From Bugula neritina (taxonomy: Eukaryota; Animalia; Bryozoa), in assembly GCA_964035545.1 (NCBI GenBank), contig OZ037765.1:806001-870000 (forward strand): a stretch of 64,000 bases of DNA. The letters run 5' to 3'. A program made the translations under genes and the position numbers. The first letter of the stretch is position 1, and the number at the start of each line of letters is the position of its first letter. Shown here piece by piece: positions 1 to 43,845 of the stretch. Below the pieces are notes generated by a model. The model searched no databases and was not told where the DNA came from. It saw nothing but the letters and a program-made list of their open reading frames with translations.

Positions 1-1055
<1,055 letters not shown>

Positions 1056-1514
1056 TTTCTTGCGCAATGCTCCAGGCATTAACAGCTTTCAAAGTCCTAA
1101 TTATATTACTTTTTTAATGTAATTCATCTTTTGTTTATTGTATGAGCAATTTACAGTATTATTGAAAATGACAATCAAATCTCAATAATTTTAAATATGT
1201 AAAACTTTTGATATTTTAATGCCAATTTTTTTTATATATGATATAATATGATCATAAATTTCTAAAACAGCAACTACTCGTATATAATAATCGATAAAAA
1301 ATTCAGTTTTATAACAATCTAGATTATTATTAACTCAAAGGTTGCCTTTACAATTATTCTATGCATGGCTATAGTTTGTTTCTTGCACATTGTGAATTAG
1401 AAAACAAATGCAGTAATCGATAAATTAATAAAGACCAGTGTTTTAGATCAAAAAGGTATAAAAAACTATGAAGTCCTGTAAAAACCTTAAGCTTTGTGCA
1501 AAAGAAAAATTTAT

Positions 1515-1740
1515 TCATAGCACTATAAAACTTACGCAAGTTTATAGTCACTATCCCTGTGAGAAACCCCTGATAGAAAGGGTTTTTGTTAAAGCGGGCT
1601 AAAAACTTATTTAAATGGGGCACAGGAGCAATTATGACTGGATGCTTTTCCTAACATCACCAATGGCCTTTGTAAGGGTTCGAACCCATGACCTTCATGT
1701 TTACTAGGCAAACGCTCTAACCCGTAGACCTCGGCTGCTC
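1515..1740 (-). mobile_element. tRNA-derived SINE
   Basis: Minus strand begins with a tRNA-like head containing B-box GGTTCGAACCC. Related copies at about 38030-38250, 45740-45960 and (3' part) 51070-51145. Confidence 0.6.
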
Positions 1741-1782
1741 AAAACACTATATGCTAGGCAAAAAAATTTCTGCATCATGCAC

Positions 1783-1811
1783 GTGAGTGTGTGAGTGTGT
1801 GTGTGTGAGTG

Positions 1812-1873
<62 letters not shown>

Positions 1874-1923
1874 AGTGTGTGTGTGAGTATGTGTGTGTGT
1901 GTGTGTGGGTGAGTGTGTGAGTG

Positions 1924-1973
<50 letters not shown>

Positions 1974-2016
1974 AGTGTGTGAGTGCGTTTGTGTGTGTGT
2001 GCGTGTGTGTGTGTGT

Positions 2017-2069
<53 letters not shown>

Positions 2070-2073
2070 TGTG
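1783..2073. repeat. (GT)n compound microsatellite
   Basis: GT/GA dinucleotide run between P8 and P9. Confidence 0.95.
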
Positions 2074-2413
2074 TAGATCGTTGTCAACTTCACGTTTTGT
2101 TTTATAGTACACATAATACGGCAGAGGATTTTGGGGCAATTTTCTAATTCTGCTGTTATTATTCAGCAAATTTTCACTTTGAATAATATCACCTGTAATG
2201 AATTCACCACAATATAATAGACATATAGTTTGCTTAGAAAACCTATGAAGGCTAATTTTTTTATTTTATATTTTTACATAATATTATGCTTCAATAAACT
2301 TTGATATCAATGAATTCTTTGTTTAGCGTTTGAGAGGTTAGAACATATTTATCTTTGTGTGCTAAACTTGCTAATTGCTCACTATTATAGCTGCTACAGT
2401 TTATTATAAATCC

Positions 2414-13492
<11,079 letters not shown>

Positions 13493-13693
13493 TTTCTTGT
13501 ATGCTCCAGGCATTAACAGCTTTCAAAATTTTTAATTATAAAATTTCCCCTAATACAGTTCATCTTTTGTTTATTGTATGCATGAGCAATATATATTATA
13601 GAAAATTTGACAATTAAATCTCAATAATTTTAAAAATTTTAGATATTTTAATGCCAAAAATATTTTAGATATATATTAAATGTCTAAAACAGC

Positions 13694-13793
<100 letters not shown>

Positions 13794-14334
13794 ATCAATG
13801 AAAACTCCAGTTTTATAACAGTCTAGATTATAATTAACTCAAAGATTGTCTTTACAATTAATCTATGCATGGCTATAGTTTGTTTCTTTCACACTGTGAA
13901 TTAGAAAACAAATTCAGTAATCGATAGATTAATAAAGACCAGTGTTTTAGATCAAAAAGGTATAAAAAAACTATGAAGTCCTGTAAAAATTTCAAATTTT
14001 GTGCAAAACAAAAAATTATTCAGAACACTATAAATTATGCTGTGCAAAGAAAATTTCTGCACCATGCACTGCACATAATTGACAGCGTCTCATCTATAAT
14101 ATAACTGTCTCACATTCACCCTGCATAGGTGTGCGTGCGTAAAAAAAATGTACGATAAAATTTGATTAAAAGCATTTGATTGAAGTTTAATTAATTAATT
14201 TTAATAATATTTTATTATACTCTAATATATGTAAAACATAATACCAAATTAACAACCTGAACATAAAAACTATTTATGTTTTTTTATTTTTCTGTTTGGG
14301 TTTGAAGATGTTTGCTTTAGTTTAGTAAAAAGAC

Positions 14335-16770
14335 TCATTGATTACTCCACAGAAGTAGTATTGGTAAGACTAGGATAGCCAGAGAACTTGTGATCTGTAC
14401 AGAGTTTGATACTCTCCACTCCACATCCAAAGATTCGCCTAAACACAATGACAAAATATTCTCAACAAGTTAATTTGGGGAAGTTTGTAAGTATAAAACT
14501 GCAGCACTAGAAACGTTATGGTTGGTTAGAAGAATGTCAGAGATTCAATGCAATATATAATAGTGATTTGCCATAGTGTGAAGTTATATTAGGAGAGGTG
14601 TAAGAGACACATTTTATCTAGCAATGAGGCTCTTCACTCTAAATTATAGCTCGTAATCAAACAACGGTTTATGTTAAGAAGCATGAAGAGTTAAAACTTG
14701 GGAAAAGTTAGCTATTGACCTTATTATAGCTATGTATAATTGGTCTAATTGCTATAGGTTGACAAAGTGAAATTTATCTTAAAATATTTCCCTACAGCAG
14801 CCACCACCCTGCCACTCATACCATAATGAATAGCTTTAGTAAAGAGACGAAGCTTTTTAGCAACAACAAGCTGGAAGAAGGTCTATTAGTAGGCCCTATT
14901 ATTTGCTATAAAATACTAATAACAAACTGGTAATACACATTTTTTAATTGCTATAAGTTATAAATTGTTCAATAATAAAATAATGAAGACCAAAACTACT
15001 TACCAAAAATATCGTATGCTGTACATTGTATAATTGTGATACCATAGCCAACATCCTTAACTTGTAGTAAGTATGTACTCGATCCATTCTGTACCTTTGA
15101 ACCTCTTTTCCAGGAGAACCTAGATGGTGGTGGTCGGCTGTCTACATGTTCACCACAGTCTAGCTCTTTCTGTTCTGAGCCTTGCAGAGTAATATTTTGT
15201 CTACTCTCTCCATTATACATAATATTATCTGTTGAGTATAAATATGTATAAAATTCAAACAGTATGAGCAATGTCAGTTAAAATCAAACTGGAGATAGAA
15301 AAATAGAGAGAAAGTTCAACTTCTGCGATAACCTAGCTTAATATTAAATACACTAATATAGCTTTTTTAAGAAACTACAATAAGCTCTAAAAGCTGTTAA
15401 AATAATTTCTTTACTAATTTTATCGGTGGATTATTACTCACAGTTTGGAAAGATTTGCTGAGAAAGTTTGGCACCTGGTGTACTAAGACCAAAGTTTTTG
15501 TTGTAACATTGAATACTAAATCCATCTTTATCTCTGGGTTGTATTACGTAAGTTCCAACATTACTCAAACTGTCACCTCTCCCATTGATGCCCACAGCTA
15601 CCCCATCGTGCTTTATTACTTCTAAAAAATTATTAGAAAAATAACCTTTTTGTCTTGTATACAATGTGCCTATTTATAGCATTATGGGAATCTAAGAGAA
15701 AACATGTAGCTATTTTAGGCACTTTAAATCAAAAATAAAACAAATGCATTTTAATATTTTGGCATATAATTATATTGTACCAAATAATGGTTATATTATT
15801 ATAAAACTATATTCGTTGTACTTACCATACTGGTATGGAGCAATAGGACCATCATTAGTACACTCTATTCGCATAAAATCTCCTACTTTGAGTTCTTTTG
15901 GTAGGTAAGAAATGGTCAACCCAGTTGGCACAGAACCTAAACATATCAGCAGTAAATATCAATTGCAGAGTTTTGGTATATATTCATGGCAATATAATAA
16001 TATCACAGATATTGCAGTGTATCACAAACCTTGAGAGCTGGTAGAGGTTATACAGCACATCAGTATACAGATTAGGAAGGAGAAATATCTTCTCCTAAAA
16101 CATATTAATATATATAATGTTTGTTTATTAAATATTTATTATACTCATACATTGTGTTTCGTAAACAATTAACTGCAGCATATATAACATCGATTTATTT
16201 TGCTCTAAAGTTTGACTATGTAACTTAGATATCAAATTGTTTAGCATTTGACATCAACGCTTCTTCATAACTGCTACCTTATTGGTATACTATTTTATGT
16301 GTACTAATATATATAATATCAAGTTATAGCCACTAATTGTAATATCAATGTTGTAGTAAAATCTGCAATTAACTGTTGTTATTCAAAACATTACATTGCA
16401 GCTGCATCCTTCCCTCATGTTTTTACCTAACTAAGAGCAGTTACTCTATTTCACAGTATAGTTGGCAGATTGTTATTATTTTTCTCAATTTATAAGTAGC
16501 TTTTATCATTATGAAGCACAAAAAATAAATTTGAACTTTGAAGACAAACTATATAGTAAAATACTTTTAAACAAAGCCATCAATTAGTGATAACTATAAT
16601 TGTATCATTGCTGTAATTGGGCCTAAAGACTTCACGTAGTTTTAATCAGAGTTATGTCATGATAGTGCATTAAAGTTTGATCCTATAATAATAAGACTAC
16701 TTATATAGTATATATGAGAAACTAAGCTATCTAAAATGACTTATTAGAAGTCACCATACCTGACTGCCAT
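14335..16770 (-). CDS. Paralogue P7: predicted GPI-anchored protein with 2 Ig-like domains (about 231 aa), NGRGDS motif
   Basis: Exons 16770-16760, 16094-16030, A 15936-15826, B 15621-15442, C 15228-15004, terminal G 14438-14335 (GESLDVEWRVSNSVQITSSLAILVLPILLLWSNQ*). Frame is open. Confidence 0.82.
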
Positions 16771-17647
16771 CTTGTTGTATGCTCCAGGCACCCGCAGTTT
16801 TCAAAGTCTTTAATTAAAATGCTTGTTTAGTAGTCCATCTGCTTGCTTTAATTACAACAACATTCCTTTGAATTAAGATATATTTCAGATGTGTTGAGTT
16901 TTAAAAATTCTGATTATGCAACTTTTTAATAATAGAATAACTCAGATATAATTATATTATTTTATATTGTTTAAATCACATAATTATAGTGTATATGTGA
17001 GGAGTCTCATAAAATCATAATATCATAGCAGCTATATTAGCTGTGAAAGCTATAATATTTTAACTATAATATCAAATTCCTCAAAACTTGTTTGTCAAGT
17101 TTTTTTGAAACTATAGTTTGTATCTCACACACTGTGAATTGGGTTAATGTAAATGCACTATAATGAAGAAATGGAAAAAAAAAATTGAGGCCTAGATTGT
17201 GTATTAAATTCTGAAATGTTCTAAACCAAACTTATTTAAGATAACTATAACAAGCTTAGGCTATGTTATAGGTTTCTGCACCAATTCACCTGAATGATAT
17301 AGTCTCGCCAGCTCTCACTAGATAAAGAGTAAACTGTTTTTAATTATTTGTAAATAAGTCATGTAAACTGGTTACACATTAGTATATTACACTCTATATA
17401 GTATATACATTAATAACAGTTTTACTCAAAGTTAAGTCAGATTATGCAGTTTTCCTGATTGTACTCAAAGAAGTGAGCGCCAGGAAACCTCATTGTAGAG
17501 CTCAGTGATGACCTGATTAAATGTAATTTTTAATACGTGGAGTCTTCTTCACTTGTGCTCACACATTGTGAATTTGTAATAATTATTATTTCGTCATTTA
17601 TTTTTTAATTTTTATAGTCATGTCACTCTTACTTTCAAGCCCATGTT

Positions 17648-17912
17648 CACACACGCACACACACACACACACACACACATGCACACACACACACACACAC
17701 ACACGCACACACGCACACACGCACACACGCACACACGCACACACGCACACACGCACACACGCACACACGCACACACGCACACACGCGCACACGCGCACAC
17801 ACGCACACACGCACACAAACACGCACACGCACACGCATGCACGCACACATGCACGCACACATGCACGCACACACACACACACATGCACGCACGCACACAC
17901 ACACACACACAC
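17648..17912. repeat. (CA)n/(CACACG)n microsatellite
   Basis: Compound CA/CG run between P6 and P7. Confidence 0.95.
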
Positions 17913-18145
17913 CACATAATACACACAAATGCAGTTATTCTCTTTTTGAATATGAGGGTACATTGGTAGAGTCATGTAATATATACACGTTATTTATAAG
18001 ACTTTCTACTCTAACAGCTGAGAAATATGATAAAATAGTAGGATTACAACTAGATAACAAAAATATTATTGTTTTTTATTTTAGGTTTCAAAGTTTGAAA
18101 ACGTTTTGATAATTATTTATAGTTGTTAGAGTCCAGCAAGAAGAC

Positions 18146-21649
<3,504 letters not shown>

Positions 21650-22270
21650 CGTCTTGTATGCTCAAAGCATTAACAGTTTTCAAAGTCTTTAATTATAATA
21701 TTTGTTTAGTAGTCTATGTCTGCTTTTTCATGAGCAATGTAACATTTTAAACATTGTATATTATATAAAAAGATAAAAGCTTGCAATTTTAATTATTTAA
21801 CTTTTTTATCACTTTATCATTAAAAATATTTCAAATTATTTGGCAAATGTTGGTATGTACTGTTAGAGTTATATGTAGTCTAAAACAAGTAGCAACTGTT
21901 AGATGCAAAGACTATTTGTCAGCTAAAGAAACTATTGCCATAGTTATACTATATTAGTTTGTTTATTTGAATACTTTCAATTGAGTGTGTGTGTGTGCGT
22001 GTGTGTGCGCGTGTGTGTGTGGGTGTGTGAGTGAGTGTGTGTGTGAGTGTGTTTGTGTGTGTAAGAACTGTTCATCATAAAAATAGTTACAACTATTTCA
22101 AGTTAGTTAATAGTAAAGGCATTTATATACAATTTCTATAGAATTTTCTACTTTTATGCAAGTAAAATCTCTTAGTAGATGTATAATTATTTATTCACAA
22201 TAACAATGAAATGTTGTTTCATTTTCATATTTTATAATTGGAAATGTCCGTTACAGTCTCATATAAAAAC

Positions 22271-28535
<6,265 letters not shown>

Positions 28536-28949
28536 CTTCTTGCACATGACAGCCAATAAAGTGTTTCAAACGCTACAATTAATAGTCTGTTATTGCTGAT
28601 TTTGGAAAAATGCTAATTTTTTGTTGAAAATATTTTTCCCAAACCAACAGTTTTAAAAAATGAATAGTTTTAGTATTTTATTTGATATTACACTTTTTTG
28701 TGTTTAAAGAAATATTTTTGATTGTTTTACATGGCATTATCATTATTTAAATAATAATCAGAAATCTAATAACTTAGCAAAAATATACATTGTTAGAACT
28801 TATTTATAGATAAGAAAGAATTCAGAGTTTATCTTTTAATCTGATCAGTGTACTGTGTGTGTGTCTGTGTGTGTGTGTGTGTGCGTGTGTGTGTGCGTGT
28901 GTGCGTGTGTGCGTGTGTGCGTGCGTGCGTGTGTGCGTGTGTGTGTGTA

Positions 28950-29902
28950 TTGCAGTAATTTTGCAGTAACCAATGGTGTCAAGCACGGTTAGTGATCTCT
29001 TTAATGTAGCTCAGTTCAAGTCCAAGACTTGTAATACCAAACACCTAGTCAGAAAGATGTTGTTCGCTTGTGACAATGCTTTGGTGGCACATTGCGCTGC
29101 AGATATGCAAGCGCTAGTGAACAACTTTGCAAAAAATAACAGCTCAGTTTAGCTTAAAAATTAACATCAAGAAGACCAAATGCATGTACCAGCCAATCCA
29201 ACTCATTCACCCTCCACCTGAACCTAAGGTTATCATGATAGATCAAGAACCAGTTGTACTTGCCTCAGACTTTACTTATCTAGGAATCACTGTTTCCCGT
29301 ACCGCAAAACTAGATAAAGAGCTACGGCTCAGACTAGGCAAAGCAAGTGCGGCTTACGGAAAGCTCCAGCAGAGACTCTGGAACAACAGACATGTATCCA
29401 TCAGGGTAAAGTGTAAAGTCTAAAGAGCAGTAGTGCTCTCAAGTCTGCTGTATGGAGCAGAAACATGGCCAATATACAGGACGCAGGTAAAAAAGCTAAG
29501 TACGTTCATGATGAGACAATTGAGAGACAAAATGGCTATAAAATGGTATGACAAAATTACAAATGAAGAAACATTAAGACGTGCCAATTTGACAACATTG
29601 CTGACATTCTTATAGAAAAGAACCTGAGATGGCTAGGCCATATGCACAGGATGAAACATAGCCGGCTATAACCAAGACAATTGGTCTACTCTCAGATGAA
29701 AGAGGGTAAACGAAATACAGCAAGACCTAGACTCAGACTTAAAGATGTTGCTATAAAAGCAATATGAAATAGAGAACAATAAACTTGAGTTTCTGGCATA
29801 TAGACGGCTGACAACAGAGTTGCATGGAGAGCTGCAACCAAATTTAAGCCGAATCCATAAAACAGTCATAGTCATATTGACTGACTGCAAGAGAGAGAGA
29901 GA
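28950..29902 (+). mobile_element. 5'-truncated RTE-clade LINE (RT C-terminal half, pseudogenised)
   Basis: FSLKINIKKTKCMYQP..FTYLG..ELRLRLGKASAAYGKLQQRLWNNRHVSIRVKCKV*RAVVLSSLLYGAETW..; contains stops and frameshifts; ends in GACT/GA short repeats. Confidence 0.85.
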
Positions 29903-30104
29903 ATTAATATGTTATATTGATATAAGTCTTATATACAATCTTTATTTAAGATGCTTTCTTATATACTTTCTCAAATGTGAAATATAATATGTTAGGTCAG
30001 TATAGCTTGATCCTAATAATGATGTTTTCTTAATTTTAGATATTTCAATTTTGAAAATGTTTCTGAATAATGATCAGATTAGTTACAGCTTCCAGTAAGA
30101 AGAC

Positions 30105-33100
30105 TCATTGATTACTCCACAGAAGTAGTATTGAGTAGACTAGGATATCCAGAGACCCTGTAATCTGTACTGATGCTGAATTGGAGACTTGGCTCAATAC
30201 TTTTGTCACATCCCATTTCACCTTTACTGGCTCACCTATACACAACCATAGAATAATTTTCACAGGGATTTTTAAGTGCTGTAGGGTTGGGTTGAGTTGC
30301 TAAATTGACTGAATTATATAAAACATAAAAACTGCAAATATAAATTGTTTTGATTTCGAATGACCCATTATATATATATGCCAAATTGATAAAACTGCTA
30401 GCTTGAAGCTCGGCAGTCGTTGATAAAGAAAATCCATAAGAAAACTGAGTCGTATGTAAAACATATTTAATTTTTATCTGAGATCAAAATGGATGCATTG
30501 CATGTGCATGCTATCAAGTCTATGCCTGCAGTAAACTTCCATATATTCACTATCATTTGATGCGGAGATTCCACTTCAAATGACAGCCAGTTTTTTTAAC
30601 ATCGGAGCTTGCATGTAATATAAATATTATATGCAAAGATCAATACATATATTTGAAAAGTTTTAAAATAATTTATTTCTTTAAACAATCTGGCGATTTC
30701 AGAAGATTAAATATATCAGCTTTGCAGTTTGTCAAAATCCAACATAACGTGCGACATTTGGCTCAAGTTAATTACAACTCAAACTTACCGACACCATTTG
30801 AAGATACACAAGTCACAGTAGCTACTCCCCTTCCAAAATATTCCAACACTTCCTTTTCACTCATAGTAAGAGAATCAGAGTTCCCGAGAGTTTTATTATC
30901 TACCTTCCATGTAAAAGTGTCAGGCGGCGGTCTAGAGGCTATGTAGTCACTACATGTTAAGGACACTGTGTCACCTTTATTTAGATCCGAAATTACTACA
31001 TCAGGTTCCAGAGCTTCTATATCTGTAGGAACATATATTTACCCTTTCATGAACATGGCTACTCCAAATGCGTAATTGCTCTTTATAGCAGTGAAATGTA
31101 AATTTCCTGGAATTTCTATTATTTCAAAATGATATAAACACAGCTTATAGTTTTTAACGCTATACCAATCATAATATGTTTTTTTAATTTCAAATGTTAC
31201 TAAAACTTTATTCACCCACACTGAGGAAAAAACTCTCTCTCCACTGCTAGGTTGTTATTTTCATCTGAACACTTGACAGTAAATCCTTCTCTGTCTTTCT
31301 TCTGAGGTATGAATACTCCAGCAGATCCACTTTCACTCTTTATGTTCACTTCCTCTCCATTTGAGTTTATCAATACTACAAAAGGTAGATATGTCACTAT
31401 AATATTAGCAAACACTACAGAATAAACATAATTGCATGCTTATCAAAAACCAAAGCTTGTGATATTGCTTCACCTTTATGTTTTGTTTTTAATTAATTTC
31501 TTTGTGACAATATAATACATGAAACTTTCCTCATATGATTCTAGTTACAGTCTGAAAGTTTCTTTTACCTATAACTTTCAGCACAATAAAAATATTATTT
31601 TATTTTGTATTTATATAGTGTTTATTTTGTCTGCCATCTTTTTTAGTTTAAAGCTTTAAGTTATTATTGCATTCCTTTTACTGTCCTTAAATTAAACCTG
31701 AATTCACCTATGTAACTTACTGAAAGTAAAACTAGCTGATATGTAACTTACTGTAAGTAAAACTAACTGATATGTAACTTACTGTAAGTAAAACTAACTG
31801 ATATGTAAATTACTGTAAGTAAGACTAACTGATATGTAACTTACTGTAAGTAAAACTAACTGATATGTGACTTACTGTAAGTAAAACTAGCTAATATGCA
31901 ACTTATTACTGTAAGTAAAACTAACTGATATATGTAACTTAATGTATGTAAGACTAGCTGATATATGTAACTTACAGTAACTAAAACTAGCTGATATGTG
32001 ACTTACTGTAAGTAAAACTAGCTGACTGTTGACTTGACCTTTGACATCTGACAATAAAATCTTTTTCTTCCACAGGAATCTGAGGTTCTGTTGTCATAGT
32101 AACATCTCCAACAGGATCTGTTTGTGTTGTTTTCACAGTTGTTGCCCGTGTTGTACTCCGTGTTGTTGTACCTGCAGTTTGCATGTGAAGTACCTATTTA
32201 ATTCTTATACATAATAATAATTACATAAATATAATATGATTGGTGATTGTTTTGCACAAGAGAAAACATATTTATATTTCTTTTATATATTATTTATTTA
32301 TTACTGTAATATTTAACACCCCATAATAAGCATTTTAAATCAAAACTACAATCCAAAACTGAATAATAATATAATAATCACAACTCACCAGCAGCTGTAC
32401 TAGATGGTCTTCTAGTTGTAGTAATGGTAGTTTGTGAAACACCTATTATATAAGTATATAAAACAGCTTCTTTACAATAGAAACAGTATTCATATATTGC
32501 TTTTACATGGTTTATTAATTTAATGATTTTAAATATCTAATATTGAGGGCTTCTCGATCAAATCTTTAATCAACACTAAAGATTTTGATAATCACAACTC
32601 ACCAGCAGTTGAGCCAGATGTTATTTCAGCCGTAGTATTGGAATTTTCTGAAACATTTTTCATATAAAATTAATACACCATGACTATAAAGAAACATTAT
32701 CCAGGTAAATGTTTTGGAAAAAAACTTGATGCTTTAAAATTTCTCACGATATGCATTTTTTTTAGTGAACATGCAGTTATTAATTATTGTTTAGTTTATT
32801 ATACATTTGACTAATCAATTGTATAACTTAACTGAGATTTGTAACTAATTTATAAATAAAACTGATGATTAAAATATATTACAAAAGATTATCTTCACTC
32901 ACCAGAAATAGCGACGATAATCCATGTAATTCTCCAATAGACAGTTTTGGTCTGTTCTAAGATAAATTTTGTGCAACCATGAAAATATAGATAACTTTAA
33001 TACGATGCGAGTTTTCATGAACAGGCAAATATATTAAAATAATTCTAAGTAAAGAAAGCTTTACCTCTTCAGACTAATGAATATTTACATACTAAAAGCT

Positions 33101-34635
33101 GTAAACAACATTGCTAATTGCTAACTGCTACAGTAGCTTATAGCTATAATAGTCAATAGATTGATGCTAATTGAATTGCTGAACTTATTATATATTATAA
33201 ATACTTACGAAATGCATCATAAGGAGCACAGGCTACGGGTTCAGGCCGAGAAGACATGTACCCTTCATACTTCAGTAAATATGTACTTGACCCTCGTGTT
33301 ATCCCTGATATTCTTCTCCAATGATACCTTACTATTGGTGGTCGACTGTCCACCTTTTCACCACAGTTTAGTATAACTTCATCTGTGCTGTTTAAAGTTA
33401 ATTCAGTCCATGCTGCTCCAACATACCTAATAGTATCTGTTGAAAACCACTATCATCAAACTTAACTCTCCTAATTAGCTGAGTACATTATGACTTATGA
33501 AGTTATGAAAGAAAAATAAGTATAATTTAATTCATGAAACACCTAACAAGTTAGAAATATATTTTATAGTGACATTTAAATTAATTTAAACAAGGTTTGA
33601 CAGTAACGCACCAGATGAAGTTATTAGAGAAAACCGATAAGAAAAGGTATGCTGACAAAGTAGGTATAATCATAATATGCATATATTGATACACAGTGGA
33701 ATCAGTGCACCTCAACTCTACTAAATATACTAGCATATCAGATTATAAATAAGGTTTTGAGAGTTTATCAAAACCCTAAAGTCATCATAATACGAATTAG
33801 GAGTTATGATTCTAAATTTATCAGAATACAGATTCCAGAATTCTAAAAAAACAATCTATCATTTGTTAAATAAAGCCTTTTTGGTAAAAGGTTTTTAAAA
33901 CAAACTTGATGAAAATGAAACCTTTAAACAAAAAAATTATGTAAACAATAAACAAGTTGGTAAAACTAAAATAAGTTTTAAATTATATTCACAATGAACT
34001 AGAGCTGTTTTAATAATATGTTTAGCTGAATACTCACAGTCCGGGAGAATTTCCCGAGAAACAACTGCGGCAGGGGTTGACAGGCCAAAATTTTTGTTGT
34101 AGCATCTGAGAGTAAACCCTTTTCTATCTGATTGCTGTATTTGATAAATGCCTGTGTTAGAATCAACATCATCTACCCCATTGATATCTATAGATGAGTT
34201 ATCATTTTTTATCACTTCTAAAATATATAATATAATACAGAAATTTTATGTGAAGGTTATTTTTATAAATTCTAAGTATGTAGATATATAGACTTGAGTG
34301 TTAGCACAAATTTTGAAACTTGCTATATGGCTCTTTTAAATAATATAAACATCTCTAAGTTGATTTCTCTGAATCTGGTATTTTTTAATTTTTGTGTTTC
34401 TTGAAAATTACAGGTGACTTTAATGTATAGCTTTGATAATTATACATGTATGTGTATATTGACTGTTTACTTTTTGAATTTGATTTAGTGGTATAGGATG
34501 ATGGCTCACCATATTGATATGGAGCATCAGTTCCATCATTACTACATTGTACACGAATCTCGTTACTTAATTTTGGTCTTTCTGGTTCGTAGGTCATGGT
34601 CAATCCAGTTGGTACAGAATCTACATAGCAATTAA

Positions 34636-34693
<58 letters not shown>

Positions 34694-34953
34694 TTCTATA
34701 ATTAAAAATGAATCAAAAGAACTCAATATTTCGAAAAATAGAGTATTTATATTTGGTACTAATACAATTTTGGATATAAAAATAAACTTAGATCTTAATT
34801 CTATTGACTACAATATTGTTTCACGTAGTGCGAGCTACGATCATCAGGTCGTTGTGTGTACGACCTGATGATCGTAGCTCGCACTACGTGAAACAATATT
34901 GTAGTCAATAGAATGATCTAAGTTTATTTTTATATCCAAAATTGTATTAGTAC

Positions 34954-35031
<78 letters not shown>

Positions 35032-35655
35032 AAACCTTGAGAGCTGGTAGAGGTTATACAACACATCAGTATACAGATTACGAAGGAGGAATATCTTCTG
35101 CTAAAAGATATTAATAGTATGTTTATTTTACTTTAACATTGTGTTTTGAGTAAACAACTGCAGGTTTTATTATAACTGCAAGAGTTTTAAGGTTGGAGTA
35201 CCTTACAATTAGCAAATATTATCATCCTTACGCATGAATTAATTTCAAATTTATAAAATTTAGAAAACTAGTAGCAGCCTTAGTTAATTACACAATCAGA
35301 GTGATAAACCCTTAATATACATAATTATTATGCATATTCAAATTCATAAATATATTTATTTTTCTCTAAAGTTTTGGTTTGCAAACTCAACACCCTATGA
35401 CTATAATTATTTTTAATCAACAGAAACTTGTTTACAATTTATAAAACTGTCAAGTTGATAAATTTCAAGAAAACATGATCTCTGATCATGATATATATAT
35501 ATAGCAATCAGTAAACTTTAGTATAGCTTACAATTTAATTTAATATAATATACTAAAAATTTATCAGCATATAATGCTTTCATTTATGAGACTACTGCAA
35601 ATGGTATAAAATTTGAAATAAAGTTAAAATTAACTCAATACCTAACAGCTGCCAT
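30105..35655 (-). CDS. Paralogue P4: predicted GPI-anchored protein with 4 Ig-like domains (about 478 aa)
   Basis: Exons 35655-35642, 35100-35036, A 34620-34510, B 34217-34038, C 33436-33209, C2 32956-32903, linkers 32647-32603 and 32442-32389, D 32171-32007, E 31375-31220, F 31022-30789, G 30235-30105 (..VSNSASVQITGSLDILVYSILLLWSNQ*). Confidence 0.8.
31709..32023 (-). repeat. 31-bp tandem repeat of the exon D donor site (P4, about 10 copies)
   Basis: Same unit as 4125-4267 with small indels. Confidence 0.9.
34748..34962. mobile_element. Inverted repeat (about 100-bp arms) carrying back-to-back hammerhead motifs (family 2), PLE/retrozyme-like
   Basis: Plus 34862-34906 and minus 34850-34806 both read GAC-CTGATGA-tCGTAG ctcgca CTACGt-GAAAC aatatt GTA^GTC. 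Lies between TA runs in P4 intron 2. Confidence 0.7.
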
Positions 35656-36171
35656 ATCTTGTTTCATTTTCCAGCCATTAGAATGCTTAAATTTTAAAGT
35701 ATTTTTTTGTATTTTATTATTTTCTATTTCTTGAGCAACATCAACTTTTAGTCTAGCTAAAGTTTTTTTAAAGTATCATTAAAATTGAATAATTTTATTT
35801 ATGTTAGTTTTCATTGTGGATTCAAATATATTTAATATCACAAATATTTTAGATTCTGTAGTGTATAATAATATTATTTAAAAATTCAATCATGCACTTG
35901 AAATCCTAAAAATTTCGTTTTAGTCTTTAAAATGTCTTTTAAATTGTTTGCATGTTTAATACAAGCAACATTCCCACAAGAACTATAATTTTATCATAAT
36001 ATAGTAACATGCATATAAATATATAATATATAATAATATAACACATATATATACCAATATATATATACAAAAATATATATATATACCAACATATATAAAT
36101 GTGTATAAATATAAATATATTTATCTATATTTATATACTTATATATGTTTATTATTATATAGTTTTATATA

Positions 36172-36279
<108 letters not shown>

Positions 36280-36763
36280 TGTTATATATATTTTTACATA
36301 ACAATTTTTTATATATATTTATTATTATATTTTTTTATATATTTATATATGTCTTTGTTCAGATTTTTTTATATTTTAGGGCTTTATAATATTACTCTGT
36401 GATTTGAACATTTTCATTCAAAGGTTTCTTTACAAATATTAAGGTAGATTTATTGGAATTGTTAGTAGTATATCACATAGCAATTGATTTACATTTGTTT
36501 TATTTGTTTGTAGATGACTCATCACTCAATCAACAGCTCAAGCTATTGTGTTATTTGTATATAATAATATATGCAGCTGTATTTTATTTGTTTCAAGATT
36601 TGCATATCAGTATTGATATGTAATATAATACACTATTTTTTGAAACATGTTTAACTAAAATATAGTAATATAATATGGTTATATAGGTCCATATTTGGTC
36701 ACAGCTAGGAACAATATCAACTTCCTTCAGTCTTAGATCTCAGAGTTGTCACTGCAAACAAGG

Positions 36764-43385
<6,622 letters not shown>

Positions 43386-43774
43386 ATCTTGTTTCATTTT
43401 CCAGCCATTAGAATGCTTAAATCTTAAAGTATTTTTTGGTATTTTATTAATTTTTATTTCTTGAGCAACATTAACTTTTAGTCCAGCTAAATATTTGTTA
43501 AAGTATCATTAAAATCAAATAATTTCATTTATGTTAGTATCATTGTAAATTCAAATATATCTAATATCACAAATATTTTAGATTCTATAGTGTATAATAA
43601 TAATATTATTTAAAAAATCAATCATGCACTTGAAATCCTAAAAATTTCATTTTAGTCTTTGAAATGTTTTCTAAATTGTTTGCATGTTTAAAACAAGCAA
43701 CATTTCCACAAGAACTATAATTGTATCATAATATAGTAACGTGCATATAAATATATAATATTATAATATATAAT

Positions 43775-43845
<71 letters not shown>

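Noticed and set aside
31709-32023. CRISPR-like appearance of the 31-bp repeats
   Set aside because: No unique spacers, eukaryotic intron context, no cas genes; the unit is the exon/donor junction.
32903-32956. Hydrophobic WRITWIIVAIS in the C2 exons of P4/P5 as a transmembrane segment
   Set aside because: Too short, and aligns with the last beta-strand of Ig2 in the other paralogues.
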